The position numbers and the translations under genes were made by a program. Below the pieces are notes generated by a model that saw only the letters and a program-made list of their open reading frames with translations, was not told where the DNA came from and did no database searches. Below are positions 42,041-61,849 of a DNA stretch of 64,000 nt, in pieces. The DNA is from the human T2T-CHM13v2.0 reference genome, Homo sapiens, in NCBI RefSeq assembly GCF_009914755.1, contig NC_060935.1; one strand, 5' to 3'. Each line of letters opens with the position of its first letter. The stretch's first letter is position 1.

Positions 42041-43589
42041 ATACAGTTTTCTAAAGGAGTAATTTAACGTTTTAAAAATGTGTACTTTGATCAAGGCTTT
42101 AATGTAAATGTATGACAGAACTGGAAGTAAAAATGACTTAACTACTGACTTATCCCTGCCTTTTTTAAGAATTATGTTACTTATTCTTGGGGAGCATATG
42201 TATAAGTATTCATGTTTTATTCAACAAAACATTATTAAGTGTCTTACGTGACAGGAACATGATAATGTATGGGGATAATAGTGGACAATATGCCCTATCT
42301 TCCAATTTTTCCTTATTTCCTAATCATTATTTGGTTTTCAGAAATGTATTTTAGTTGTTGGATCTGTGCTATAGGGCAAAAAGAAAAAAAGTAAAATAGA
42401 TTTTGTTTTCAAATTTTTTGCAGGAAATAATTTTCAAAATTTTTTGTAGGTTTTGCAGAGTGCCTCCAGAAATAAAAGTGTTACAAAAGAATCACTTCAG
42501 AAAACCTACACTTAGAGAGTCCATTTGAAAATTGCCCTATTTGAAATGAAGTGGAGATCAGTAATAACAAGGACTTCCCCATATAACCCAAGGTAAAACT
42601 AAATGCAATGCCATTTCCAGCAACACATTATGAGAACGGGATGTCTTTGGCTTTTAGCTTCTTCTCCTGTTACCTCCTTTCCTAATTCTTAATATTTAAG
42701 CCAGAGCCAACTCTGCAAAGTTTAGCAGAGCAATCAAAATTATGAATTTTAATAGAATGTAATTTGAAAGATTTTTGCCTTGTGAAATAGGTATTATTTG
42801 CTTACCAGCACTATCTGTAGCATCTAAAGTTCTAGAGTTTTCTTGAAGATACTTATAATTTTTCCTATCACAGTCCCATTACAAGGGTAATATAGTTTAG
42901 TTTATGCTGGTTTTACTTTTTTAAAAATCAGTGGGCCAAGTGTTTGATTTAGTAACTTGGAAAAAGGTTCATATTTTTTGAGTCTCCTGGAAACTCAAAG
43001 CATATTTTTCAGGGTACAATTTAACCTCTGAGCTATTTGGTTTAAACCATTTATTTATCTGTGGTTAGGATTAGAGTTTGACTTATAGTAGCTTCAGGAA
43101 ACATGTTCTGGACCTTTACTCTTGACCAATTTACCTTCAAATCCAAACCTGAGGATGACTGATTAGAATAGTCTGTCAACTTTTCAAAGCAACAGTGCTT
43201 CATTCTTTTTCAAGAAGTAAGGTAAGGGAGAAAGATATTTCACTGCACATCAAAATAAATAAAAATATAAATCTTTCATTGGGTTGAAAAATATTTGTCC
43301 TGGGGAGAGTTTAGACCCAGCTCATCTCACTCCATTGTGCTATTCAAAAATAACAGTCAGAGGTTAATATCGTGGCCAATTTCTATCTGAATAGCACTAA
43401 GGTGAAGGAAACTGTTCTCCCCAGAGCAAGAGGGCTTTGGGACTCACATCTTAAAGATTTAAATGACCACTTTAGAGTTATCAGGAGTCCTGTGAGAAGA
43501 AATCATTTTAATTCTGCATGTTGCATAATGCTCTTGAAGCTTATATTCTAAAGAAGATGACAGTCCATTAAAAATAGTTTGACTATATA

Positions 43590-45110
43590 TAATTTCAGAT
43601 GGTGATAGAGATGAATTACAGTACGAAGCAAGGTAATACAGAAAATCATAGCATGAGGAACTAGAGTTAAATAAGTTGGAAGAAAGAATCTGGAGAGAAT
43701 TCTGAAGGATGAGAATCTAGTCACCGGGCAATTTGGGTTGAGTATACCAGGCAAGGAACAGCAAGTGTAAAGGCTGTGGAATGGGAATAGGTTTGGGACA
43801 CGCAAGAAGAAGCAAGCAAGCGAATACAGCTAGAACATAATAAACAGAGAGAGTGATTGGACGTATAGGTGAGGGGCAGGTCACATAGTATCTTCTAGGC
43901 CCTCAGTCAGGAGTTTGTATTTAAGATACAAAGAAAAGTCATTGGAGAATGTTAAGCAGGAAACTTGATATCATATTTATTTATAAAGGATAATTATGTC
44001 TGCTGTGTGAAAAAGGGTCTGTGGGAAGTCAAAAGCAGTGTCAGGTAGACCAGATAGGACTGAGTGAGATAGGTGTAGCCTGGTCAGAGACCAGGTGAGA
44101 GGCTGCAGCAGGCTGGGCTAGAGATACAGCTGTGCAGGTGCAGAGAAGGTCCTGGATTCAGAATACATTTTGAAGACAGAACTGACAGAACTTGCTGAAG
44201 GATTAGATTTAGAGAATGAAAGCTTTTGGCCTGAATCATTGGGTGAATGATGATAATACTTATTCATTTAGAAACAATAGAGAAAGAAGCAAGTTTAGAA
44301 AGAAAAAAATAAAAGTTTTGTAAGTTTTGTTTTTGTTACATGAGTTTAATGTACTTGACAGCCAAGTAAAACTGTCAAGTAGGCAAGTAAATTTTCAAGT
44401 TTGAATTTATAAGAGTTTAGGGATAAAGCTATATTTCTGGGAGACATCACCACATAGATAATTAATATTTAAAATAAGGTTGCTGGGTGAAAGCAAAAAT
44501 GTAGCTAAAGAACAGCAGGGTAAGGACTGATCTCAGGGGATGCCAGCATTTAGAAGTCAGAGAGAGAAGGGGATTCAGCAAAGAAGAACTGGAAGAAATA
44601 AGCAACCAGGTAAGAGAAAAAACCGGGGAGTGGGTTGTTCTAAAGTCAAATGAAGAAAGTGCTTGGAGGATGGGGTAGTCTCATGTCAAATGCTGTATGA
44701 AAATTGAGTAAGATGAAGAGAGAATGGTTGACTGGATTTAGTGAGATGAATGTCTTTCGTGACTTTGACAAAAATGGTTTCAATGCAGTGGTTGGAAAAA
44801 ATCTTGATTCAGATGGGTTGGAAGGGAAAGCATTTCAAGGTGATGACAATGACTATGGACAAATCATTTGAAGTTTGTTTGGTGTGAAGTGGGAAGAGAA
44901 ATGAGGTGGAAGTGAGAGGTTGTGAAGCTGTACAGGGATTAAGAGGGGATCTTTTTGTGTTTAAGATGGAAACTATTACCCTGTGTGCTGGTGGAATTAT
45001 CCAAGGGAACGGAAAAAGTATACTTTTAACTTGGGATGAAATTTTTTCGGGAGGAAAGAGTGGATGGTATCTTGTGCATAAGTGGAGAGAGTGACAGAGA
45101 GAAGGGACCA
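43590..45110 (-). mobile_element. L2 LINE (long fragment)
   Basis: caggcaaggaacagcaagtgtaaaggc, ttaagcaggaa, ttttgaagacagaactgacagaacttgctga, tgtcaaatgctg, gtgactttgacaa. Confidence 0.85.
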
Positions 45111-46002
45111 AGTCCTGAAGCACGGCTAAAAAAAAAAAAAAAAAAAGCTGTTAGAGACCACTCCATATGCAAAGAAAACACTCCATAAGAGGGGCACTTT
45201 GTCAAAATCCCAGCCGTAGGCTTTGATCCTTGAAGTAAACAGCAAAGATAGAAACTAGAGCAAAATGGGAATAGAGAGGACAGTCTTCATGTGTGTGAGG
45301 GATAGGCAAATTGTACTTAGTGAATGTAGCGACTCCCTATTTCTAACGATAGATCATTTCTAGATTCACTGGTGAGGTCAAGCTCCCTTTGAAGCAGACT
45401 TAACACAACTGAGCTTTCCCACTGCAGTACTTTGGCGCAAGCTGACAGAGGCAGTACCAACAGAATTGATTATCAATACATAGTGTTTGTATTTACACTA
45501 ATGAATAATTAGCTTGTATTGATTGGTTTGTTGATGGGTATAAGAAAGATTGTGAATATCATCCTCTTAATAATCTGATGGGTTAAAGTCAGGCATTGCT
45601 GCCAGCATCTGAAAGCAGGAGGAACCAACCTCAAAGTATAAAAGTTAACGAGGATAAACCCACAGGGGATCAGAAACCTCACAGATCATCCTAAGGAGTA
45701 TCATCACAATGAGAACAGCTAAGAACTGCTAGCTATGTAACATAGTTTTACAAAATAAAGGCAGCTGTTACATATTTTTAAACTGTAACATTTTATTTAC
45801 TGTTTTTCACTTCTAAAACTGAGAATTATTAGGTAGTACAGAAATGTCACTAAAACATTTACACACTGTTCTACCAACTATTATAAGTGAATAGCCTTAT
45901 AACTCAACAAAGATAAAAATAATGCAACTAAAATAACTCCATTCTCCTGCCCTTTAATCCTTTCTACTCTCTTCCCCCTAGAAATAGCCACTATTCTGAC
46001 TT

Positions 46003-46626
46003 TGCGAAATGAAAGCAAATAAAATCTCAGGACCCCAAACTAACTATGCCAAAGCCAAAAGTTCAGCTTGGACACAGATTCACACAAAAAATTGGCTCTC
46101 CTTTTGTTCCTAAACAAGATAGAAGGACACATACGTATCTCTCCTCCTTCACCCTGACAATGTAAATTAACAGCTTATTTTCACAGGCACTGGATATAGA
46201 CAAGACTAGAAATTATTCCTCTGCCCACCCCAAGATAAATACATATTTGACTTATTCCTCTACTCTGTTGACTTTATCTTATGTAAAATGTAGATTTACT
46301 GAGCATGCATTAATCCATAATTGACTGTTCCTCTACCTGCTCCTTTTACATGTAATGTGGGTTCAGTGAGCGCTAATCAAAGTCTCACAAGAATGTGACT
46401 ACTTTTATCACTACCTACACTCCCTTTTTTTTTCCCTTCCCTCCTTCCCCTCCTGCCTACTCTTTACCTTTAAATAGTGAAGTGCTCAAAATGCTGTTTT
46501 CAAAAGACATGGATCACAGATGCTGCCTGTGATTTGTGTTTTTCTCCTCCAGGCATGTCCTCAACCTGGGCAAAACAAACCTCTAAATTGACTTGAGACA
46601 CAACTCGGTCATTTTCTTTGGTTTAT
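46003..46626 (+). mobile_element. ERV1 MER4-group solo LTR inserted in an old L1ME fragment
   Basis: aaataaaatctcaggaccccaaactaactatgccaaag start; tcctcaacctgggcaaaacaaacctctaaattga end motif; exact subfamily uncertain. Confidence 0.75.
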
Positions 46627-46708
46627 GGTGATAATCATTTGCATGCCTTTCTTGGTAGTTTGGTCATATGTAGAAGCATCTCTGATTCCTTTCCTCACAC
46701 ACACACAC

Positions 46709-47169
46709 TATTAAAGCTTTTCAATGATACTTGTTAAAGCACAGGAAGGCAGACTTTATTCAGGACCAACATCATAGGCATGGAGACCATGGCAATGAGA
46801 TTTTGCCATGGGGTAGAAAGATTAGGCATGGGAATGTATAGCCAAGGAACAGGATGAGGGTCATTAGATAACAAAAATACTAACAGGAAACATTAGGGGT
46901 AGGGGAGATTCTGGCCAAACCAACCTAACAGGATTCTTGCTGAAGGCAGGCCAGAGTGATCAGACATCACCTGGGGGATGGGGGAGGATGAGGGCCCTGC
47001 TAATCAGGTATCAAGAGTGGTAAATGTTAAAGGTAGAGGATTCTTGCTAAACTGACACAGCAAAGTTCTTTCTTTGCTAAAACTGGGTTTTATAAGGAAG
47101 TGTACAGATGGGCCTAGAACAAGGTTCGGGAGCGTGATTAAAGATTGGCCAAATGAAGAAGGTTTGTCA
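46709..47169 (-). mobile_element. MER31-like ERV1 solo LTR
   Basis: Reverse strand TGACAAA...CTAGGCCCATCTGTACACTTCCTTATAAAACCCAGTTTTAGCAAAG; flanked by CA repeats on both sides. Confidence 0.82.
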
Positions 47170-47724
47170 GCACACACACACATAATCACATTCACACACT
47201 CCAAGGTAGTTCTGAGTCTTTCTGCATGTTTTCTTTTTGTTGCTATTTCCCCCTTGTGAAAACATATTTTCACATATATGGCCACCTACCATTCTGTCTT
47301 GAAATGAGAGTTTATGGTGACTCCTTCTTAGGGTCATGTTTCAGGAAACTGGAGTGGCAGAAATGAGTATGAGGCAGTATCAACCAAGTAATGTTGAGAT
47401 GTGGACCTAACCCAGTCATATTATTTAACCTCACACTTGAAGAAGGTTATCCAAGTTCTGTTTCTGCATGAAGACACTTCCCAAGGAACTCTAGGCCTTA
47501 AGGGATTCCTTTTTTTCTAGACTAGACATGGAAAAATTGTGGAATTGGTGAAGTTACCCTTTCTGTGCCACCCACATCCTCAGCCCCTCGCTTATCAGTG
47601 TGGTCTGACTCTCCTCCCTGAAGGCTTCTGGACTTAACTTTCCAAACCCCATTTCCTTTAAAACTTACCTATACTGTTTCCCATTCCTGGACTGTTGATA
47701 ATCAGAGATATAACCACACAACTA

Positions 47725-47950
47725 ACACTTACTATATGTCAAGTATTTTGGTAGACATTTCGCATTATTAAATGCATTCTATCATTTGATCCTGACATGA
47801 ATTATGCAAGATAAATCTCATTATTATTTCCATTTTACAAACAAAGATAACTAAAGCCCAAGATAATACACCTAGTCAACATCAAAATATTTTGACCCTG
47901 ACCTGCCTTACTGGAATATAAAATACTCTTTAATTACAGCAGACTCTGCT
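47725..47950 (-). mobile_element. MIR SINE
   Basis: cacttactatatgtcaagtatttt, cattattatttccattttacaaa...aactaaagccca. Confidence 0.65.
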
Positions 47951-48946
47951 GCTTTTCATTAGCTTATTCAAGCTCAAGTATTAGTAACAGATATTGTACA
48001 AACATATTTAAGCATAATAAGATAGATAGTGTCTACTCATTACTAAATGTAAATAGGTCTTTTTAGCCAATGTATGTCACAAGGTAATTATACGGACTAT
48101 AATGAGTAGAAATTGTTGGTTTTATGCAATTTGGTTTTATGGTATTTATTACTTAATAGTTATGTCTCAACAAAGGTAAGTTTAGAAGTACAGATAAAAA
48201 TTATAGAAAATGAAAATTTATCAAATAATATTTAATCAAGTTATAAAATAAGATTGTGAAAGCTGAGCATCTTAAAGTGTATGTTAATATAGATATTTAA
48301 ATTAATCTGTACAGATTAGAAACTCAAAGGAATCTTTCTATAAAAATAACACTAGAACCCAGATAAATTATCATAAACAAACTTTTCAAATAAAATGTTG
48401 GTCTCTCAACCCTATAACGGTAATATCCAAAAGTAACAAAACAAAACAAAATGATCAACCAACCACCACCATCACTACCACCACAACAAATATTGAAACT
48501 AATAAGCAAATGCAAAGTCAAAAATTGACTTATGAGTAAACGTCAATATTCACACCAAAGGAAAAAAGTAGTTCTTTTTGTCTCTCTAAGAGAGGGGAAT
48601 GGGGTCATAATACTTTTGTATTAGTTCTGCATACAATAATATATAAACCAAAGTAAGTCCAAATAGCATTCCGCAGCTCTTGTTTGATGCAAATAACTGT
48701 CTCTAGAGTAAACTGTTCAAAATTTGAGCTCTTAGGATGCCAAATTTTGAGTTACTACTCATCAATTGTTATGTATGCAAGGACACAAAACAACATGAAT
48801 GGTTGGCTAAAAAAAATAGCCAATTCAAATAAAATAGTCAAGTTAGACTCTCAAGAACTTAAGATTTTCAATTATCAGATATAGAATCTAAAATGTATAA
48901 AATGTCTAAATAAATTCAATACAAAATAAAATGATAATCAAATTTT

Positions 48947-49065
48947 AAAAATCAGATTTGAAAACAAAAACAACCAATAGAATTATTAGGTTTACATTAA
49001 AATTACACCTGTATTAATTTATATTTATTATGTTTATATAACAAATATATTAACTTAGAAAAAAA
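48947..49065 (+). repeat. Left copy of a ~115-bp direct repeat (long TSD) flanking the L1PA6-like element
   Basis: Matches 54774-54893 with about 6 substitutions and two 3-bp indels. Confidence 0.93.
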
Positions 49066-54773
<5,708 letters not shown>

Positions 54774-54893
54774 AAAAAATCCTTAGATTTGAAAAAAACA
54801 ACCAATAGAATTATTAAGTTTACATTAGAATTATATCTATATTAATTTATATTTATTATGTTTATATAACAAATATATTAACTTAGGAAAAAA
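54774..54893 (+). repeat. Right copy of the ~115-bp direct repeat (long TSD)
   Basis: Immediately follows the L1 3' end; matches 48947-49065. Confidence 0.93.
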
Positions 54894-54894
54894 T

Positions 54895-55230
54895 AGAAGG
54901 ATTAAATAAAAGTAATAGTTACAAAGAGTTAGTAAACTACAATATAGATCCAGATAAATGAATACAGAAAAATAAAATACATAGAAATGAGAAAGAAGTA
55001 AGAAGATGTAGAGGATAAAATAAAGAGGTTTAGCAAATTTAAACTATGCCCCAGAATGAGACATAGAGAGAATGAAAGTCGTCATTTGAGGAGATAACAG
55101 CTGAGAATTTTACAAATATGTATACAAAAATGTAAGATTCATATAGTCAATAAATTTTTAAAAAGAGGGATATCTACTTATAGGCATAACTGGAAGAACA
55201 GTAATGGAAAATGGAAAATCTTGAAATCAC
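54895..55230 (+). mobile_element. Old L1M/HAL1 ORF1-like fragment (host of the L1PA6-like insertion)
   Basis: gagataacagctgagaattttacaaat and flanking A-rich ORF1-like sequence. Confidence 0.55.
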
Positions 55231-55373
55231 ATAAAAGAGAAAGAGAAAGAGAGAAAGAGAGAGACAAAGACTATGTTTAATATGTTCGAAGACATAAAAA
55301 TATATGGTTTATAATATATGAAGGTAAGAAGAAATATATAAATGACTGAGAAAGAGTTAAAGAAACCTACTGA

Positions 55374-56230
<857 letters not shown>

Positions 56231-56236
56231 TAACTC

Positions 56237-56291
56237 ATTTATTTATTTATTTATTTATTTATTTTTTGAGACGGAGTCTCACTCTGTCACC
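56237..56291 (-). mobile_element. Alu 3' stub with (ATTT)n tail
   Basis: (attt)n ttttttgagacggagtctcactctgtcacc, then an abrupt end. Confidence 0.85.
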
Positions 56292-56642
56292 ACATCAGCA
56301 GACACAACTAAAGATAATTCCAAAAGACACAGTTCAGGTAGAAGTAAAGTACGTCAGATGAAGAGTTTGAGATATAAGAAGGAAAGCACAGCAAAAGAAA
56401 AAAATGATAAATACATGGATAAATATAATGACAATCAATTAGAAATATGTCTTTGGGATTTTTAAAAATGGAATTTAAATATATTACAATAGCATATCAA
56501 TCAAGACTGATGAATAAAGCTAAAAATAAACGAAGAGGAGTGGGCAGGATTTCAGGAATGGCAGAATAAAGAGCTCTACAGACCCTCTCCAAGCAAAACA
56601 ATTTAACTGGAAATTTAAAAAAAAAATCATTCATATATCTGG

Positions 56643-57377
<735 letters not shown>

Positions 57378-59465
57378 CTAAGGGCATACAGCAAACAGGG
57401 AAATATTTATTTAAGAAAACCTACTTCGTATTTATTAGAATAATGAGAGTCTATGGTATTTGAGCTGCATCCTTCTCCCCTACCCCTCACACCCTTTTTT
57501 GTGTTATAGAAGCTTTAACTTGGGCACTCTATTCTGGGTAGGTGATGCCAACAAGACAGAAACTCCCTCTCCCCTCAGATTATAGTCTGGGAATATAGAT
57601 TTTCCAGATACGTTCCAGAAGCCCTGTTCCAGGCAGTCATGGCTGAGAGGACTTTTCTCCTTTTCCCCACCCAGCCCCTACTCTTAGAGTGGAAGATCTA
57701 CTTCAGGCATTTCAAGCTAAGAATACTGAGGTCCTAGTTGCTTTCCCCTACAGCTGGCTTGTAGGATGAAAGCTTAATGCCAGGAGAAGAAAGTTGAAAA
57801 GAAAAGAGGCTCTTAGCCACCCCCGACGCCCACTCAAAAAAGGGGTTTTATTTCCAAGAAAAGCAGTTCCCTCCCACAGCTCCAGTATAGTGGAGAAGAG
57901 TTCTGCTTGGGCGGCGGAGGTTTGGCAGGGCAGAGAGGGACAGACTTGATTAGGAACTGAGTGTGGAGAATTCCACACTAAGTGCATTGTTGCAAATCAT
58001 GGAAATATTCATGGAGACCAATTAAGAGGAGGCTGGCAGCTTCATAATACAAGCAAAACAGTAGAGCAGCCATAAATTTAATAGAGACAGCCAGGAAGAT
58101 CCTTCCTAGAATCACCATCAGCACTAGGGTCTTAATGGCTGAGTGCAAGCTGTTGGCTGCATCTACAAGGGAGTAATCAGAGCAGGGCAGATTTGAAAGC
58201 ATTTCCGAAGGTGCACACAGACCCATCAACATAGGGTGGAGGCGTCACTAGCACATAGATCTTAAACGCAACCTCTGACCAAACACTGACTGGCAGGAAG
58301 CCAAGCTTAAAAATAAAATCCTGCTCATCCCTGGAGATCTGTAAGACCGTATGCGTGCTTAATAATGTGTCCCGTAGGAGCAATCAGAGAAAAAACCTTC
58401 AAGCAACTAGTCCCTGAGAAAATGTGGAGCAAGGAAATGTAAACTCTCTGAACTGTAATAGCAGCCTCAAGGCCACACATATATCCAATGGTGTAGGATA
58501 AAGCTCTCACTGGCTAACGAGATTGAAGCAGAACCTTTGATAAATAAGTGGCTTATGCCATCCTAGGGGACACTTCTAGACAAAAAGATAAAACCTTGCT
58601 TAAAGATAAAGCCAAGGGAGGAAACGCTGAGGAGGGTCATCTGAGGCTGCGCACTCTGGGGGAAATGAACATTGTAGAATTAGTTCAGCCAAGTCACAAA
58701 ACAATAGACAACAAAACAACAACCACTCCTGAGGGAGAGGGAGAATCAGTATTCAGAGTTGCTACAATAGATTATCTAAAATAGGCAGTTTACCACAAAA
58801 ATACTATAATACCTGCAAGAAAAAGAAAAGTGTTACCCACACACAGGAAAAAAAAATTTTTTTGACCCAAACCCATGACTTAGAAGTGGCTGAGAGGGTG
58901 GACTTAACTGGCAAACAGCCCAAGCAACCATTATAAATTTGTCCAAAGAACAAAAGAGGACCATGATTTAAAAAATGACGGTATGATAATAATATCTCAT
59001 CAAATAGAAATTATTTTTTAAAAATTAAGTTAGTGACATTGCAAGCATAACAACCAAAATGAAAAATTCACTAGAGAGGCTAATAGTAGGTTGGAGAATC
59101 TACAAAGATTCTCAGAAGAATCAGCAAAGTGCAAGATAGATCAATGCAATATTATGCAATTTGAAGAAGGGAGAGGAAAAAAATATGAAGACAAATAAAG
59201 TTCTAGGGAAAATATTTGAAGAAATAATGGCTGAAAACATCCCAAATTTGATTTAAAAATTAACGTACACATCCAAGAAGTTATACAAAGTCCAAGCAGG
59301 ATAAATGCAAAGAGATCCATACACAGACACATCATAGTAAAAATGTTGAATGAAATCAGAAAGTATTGAAGGCATCGAGGTAAAATTACCCATCGTACAG
59401 GAAAACTCCCATAGGATTGACAGCTGAGTTCCCATTGAAAGCAACTGAAGTCAGAAAGCAGTGAT

Positions 59466-59917
59466 ACAATAGCAAATATGGAATCAACCTAAGCGCCCAT
59501 CAATGATAGACTGAATAAAGAAAATGTGGTACATATACACCATGGAATACCATGCAGCCGTAAAAAAAGAACAAGATAATGTCCTTTGCAGGAAGATGGA
59601 TGGAGTGGGAGGCCATTATCGTTAGCAAACTAGCATAGGAACAAAAAACCAAATACTGCATGTTCTCACTTATAAGTGGGAGCTAAATGATGAGGACACA
59701 TGCATACACAGAGGGGAGCAACACACACTGGAGCCTATTGGAGGGTGGAGGGTGGAGGGTGGGAGGAGGGAGACGATCAGGAAAAATAACTAATGGGTAC
59801 TAGGCTTAATACCTGGGTGATGAAATAATCTGTACAACGAACCCCTACGACACAAGTTTACCTCTGTAACAAACCTCCACATGTATCCCTGAACTTAAAA
59901 TGAATGTTAAAAATAAA
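59466..59917 (+). mobile_element. L1PA13-16-like 3' end
   Basis: 3'UTR gatcaggaaaaataactaatgggtactaggcttaatacctgggtga; TSD agaaagca(g/a)tga at 59453-59464 and 59918-59929. Confidence 0.92.
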
Positions 59918-60211
59918 AGAAAGCAATGAGAAGACATATTCAAAGTGCTGGAAATGAAAACAAACACAAAAGACAATTATCTGTCAACCAAAATCTTAAA
60001 TACAGCCAAAGTGTCTTTCAAAGATGAAGGTTAAATAAAAAGGCATTCTATAAAACCTCATAGAGTTTACTACTTTGCAGAAAAAAAAAAGTAAAAGAAT
60101 GTTCTTCAAGCTGAAAGCAGGTAAATCAGACAATAATTCAAATGAACATTTTTAAGAAAGATACTAATAAAGGTAATTAGGTAGGCAGTTACAAAATATA
60201 ATGATATACTT

Positions 60212-61815
60212 CTTTTTAAAATTGTGGAGAAATACACATAACATAAAGTTTATTATTTTAACAATTTTTAAATGCACAGAGAAATGAAGTACATTCACAT
60301 TGTTGTACAACCATTACCGCTATCCATCTCCAAAAATTTTTATGTATTTCAAACTAAATTTCTGTGTTCTTTAAACATTAATTCCCTATTTCCCTATTTC
60401 CCAGGCCCAGGTAACCACTATTCTACTTTATTTCACTATGAACTTGTTTATTCTAGGTAAGTCACGTAAATAGAATCATACAATATCTGTCTTTTTGTGC
60501 CTAGGTTGTTTCCCTTAGCATAATGTCTTCAAGGTTCATCTATATTGTAGCAATATCGTAATTACTTTCCTTTTTTAGGATGAGTAATAGTCCCTTTTGT
60601 GTATATACCACAATGTGTTCATTGATTCATCCACTGATGAACATTAAATTGTTTCCATCTTTTTGCGATTATGAATACTATTGCTATAAACATTCATGTA
60701 CAAATACCTCTTGGAATCCCTAATTTCAATTCCTTTGGTATACATCCAGGAGTGCAATTTTATCATATGGTAATTATATACTTAGTGCTTTGAGAAGCTG
60801 TTACACTGTCTTTCATGGTAGCTGTACCATTTTACTTTCTCTCCAGCAACGCGCAAGGTTCTAACTTCTTCACATCTTCAGCAATACTTGTTATTTTCTG
60901 TTTTTATACTAGCTATCCTAATGAGTTTGAAATGACAATTCAGTGTGGCTTTGATTTGCATTTCCCTAATGATTAGTGACATTAGGTATCTTGTCATGTG
61001 CTTTTAGCCATTTGTATATCTTGTTCAGGGAAATATCTATTCAAGTTTTTTTGTTTGTTTGTTTTGTTTTGTTTTGAGACAGTCTCCCTCTGTCACCCAG
61101 GCTGGAGTACAGTGGCATAATCTTGGCTCACTGCAACCTCCAGCTTCTGGGTTCAAGTGATCCTCCCGCCTCAGCCTCTGGAGTAGCTGAGGATTACAGG
61201 TGCCCACCACCACACCGGGCTAATTTTTGTTTGTATTTTTAGTAGAGACGATGTTTCACCATGTTGGCCAGAACTCCTGACCTCAAGTGATCTGCCTGCC
61301 TCAGCCTCCCAAACTGCTGGGATTACAGGCATGCGCCACCATGCCTGTCCTATTCAAGTTCTTTGCTCATTTTAAAATTAGGTTGTCATTAAGTTGCAAG
61401 AACTCTTTATATATTCAAATATTAGCCCCCTTATCCAATATATGACTTGCAAATATCTTCTTTCATTCACTGACTTGCCTTTCTCTATATTGATAGTGTC
61501 CTTTTGGGCACAAAAGTTTTTAAGTTTGATAAAGGCTAATTTGTGTATTTTTGTTGCGATTGTTGTCAGTGCTTTTAGTGTCATTGTCAAAAAATATTTG
61601 TCAAATTCAGTGTCATGAAACTTTGTTCTATGTTTATGTAGTATCAGCAGCTTAATAGTCTTAAGTGTTCTAATTTATGAACACAGCATGTCTTTCCATT
61701 TATGTCTTCTTTCATTTTTCAGCAATGTTTTGTACTTTTCAGTGTTCAAGTCTTTTGCCATGGTTAAGTTTATTTCTAAGTATTTTATTCTTTTTGACGC
61801 TATTATAAATGAATT
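60212..61815 (-). mobile_element. L1MB 3' region
   Basis: Reverse L1MB 3'UTR (attgtggagaaatacacataacataaa...), tttgatttgcatttccctaatgattagtga. Confidence 0.85.
61048..61350 (-). mobile_element. AluS (Sz-like)
   Basis: Reverse dimer with acctcaagtgatc; TSD tattcaagtt at 61038-61047 and 61351-61360. Confidence 0.92.
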
Positions 61816-61849
61816 TTTTTCTTCATTTTCCTGACATGTTGCTCTCCTT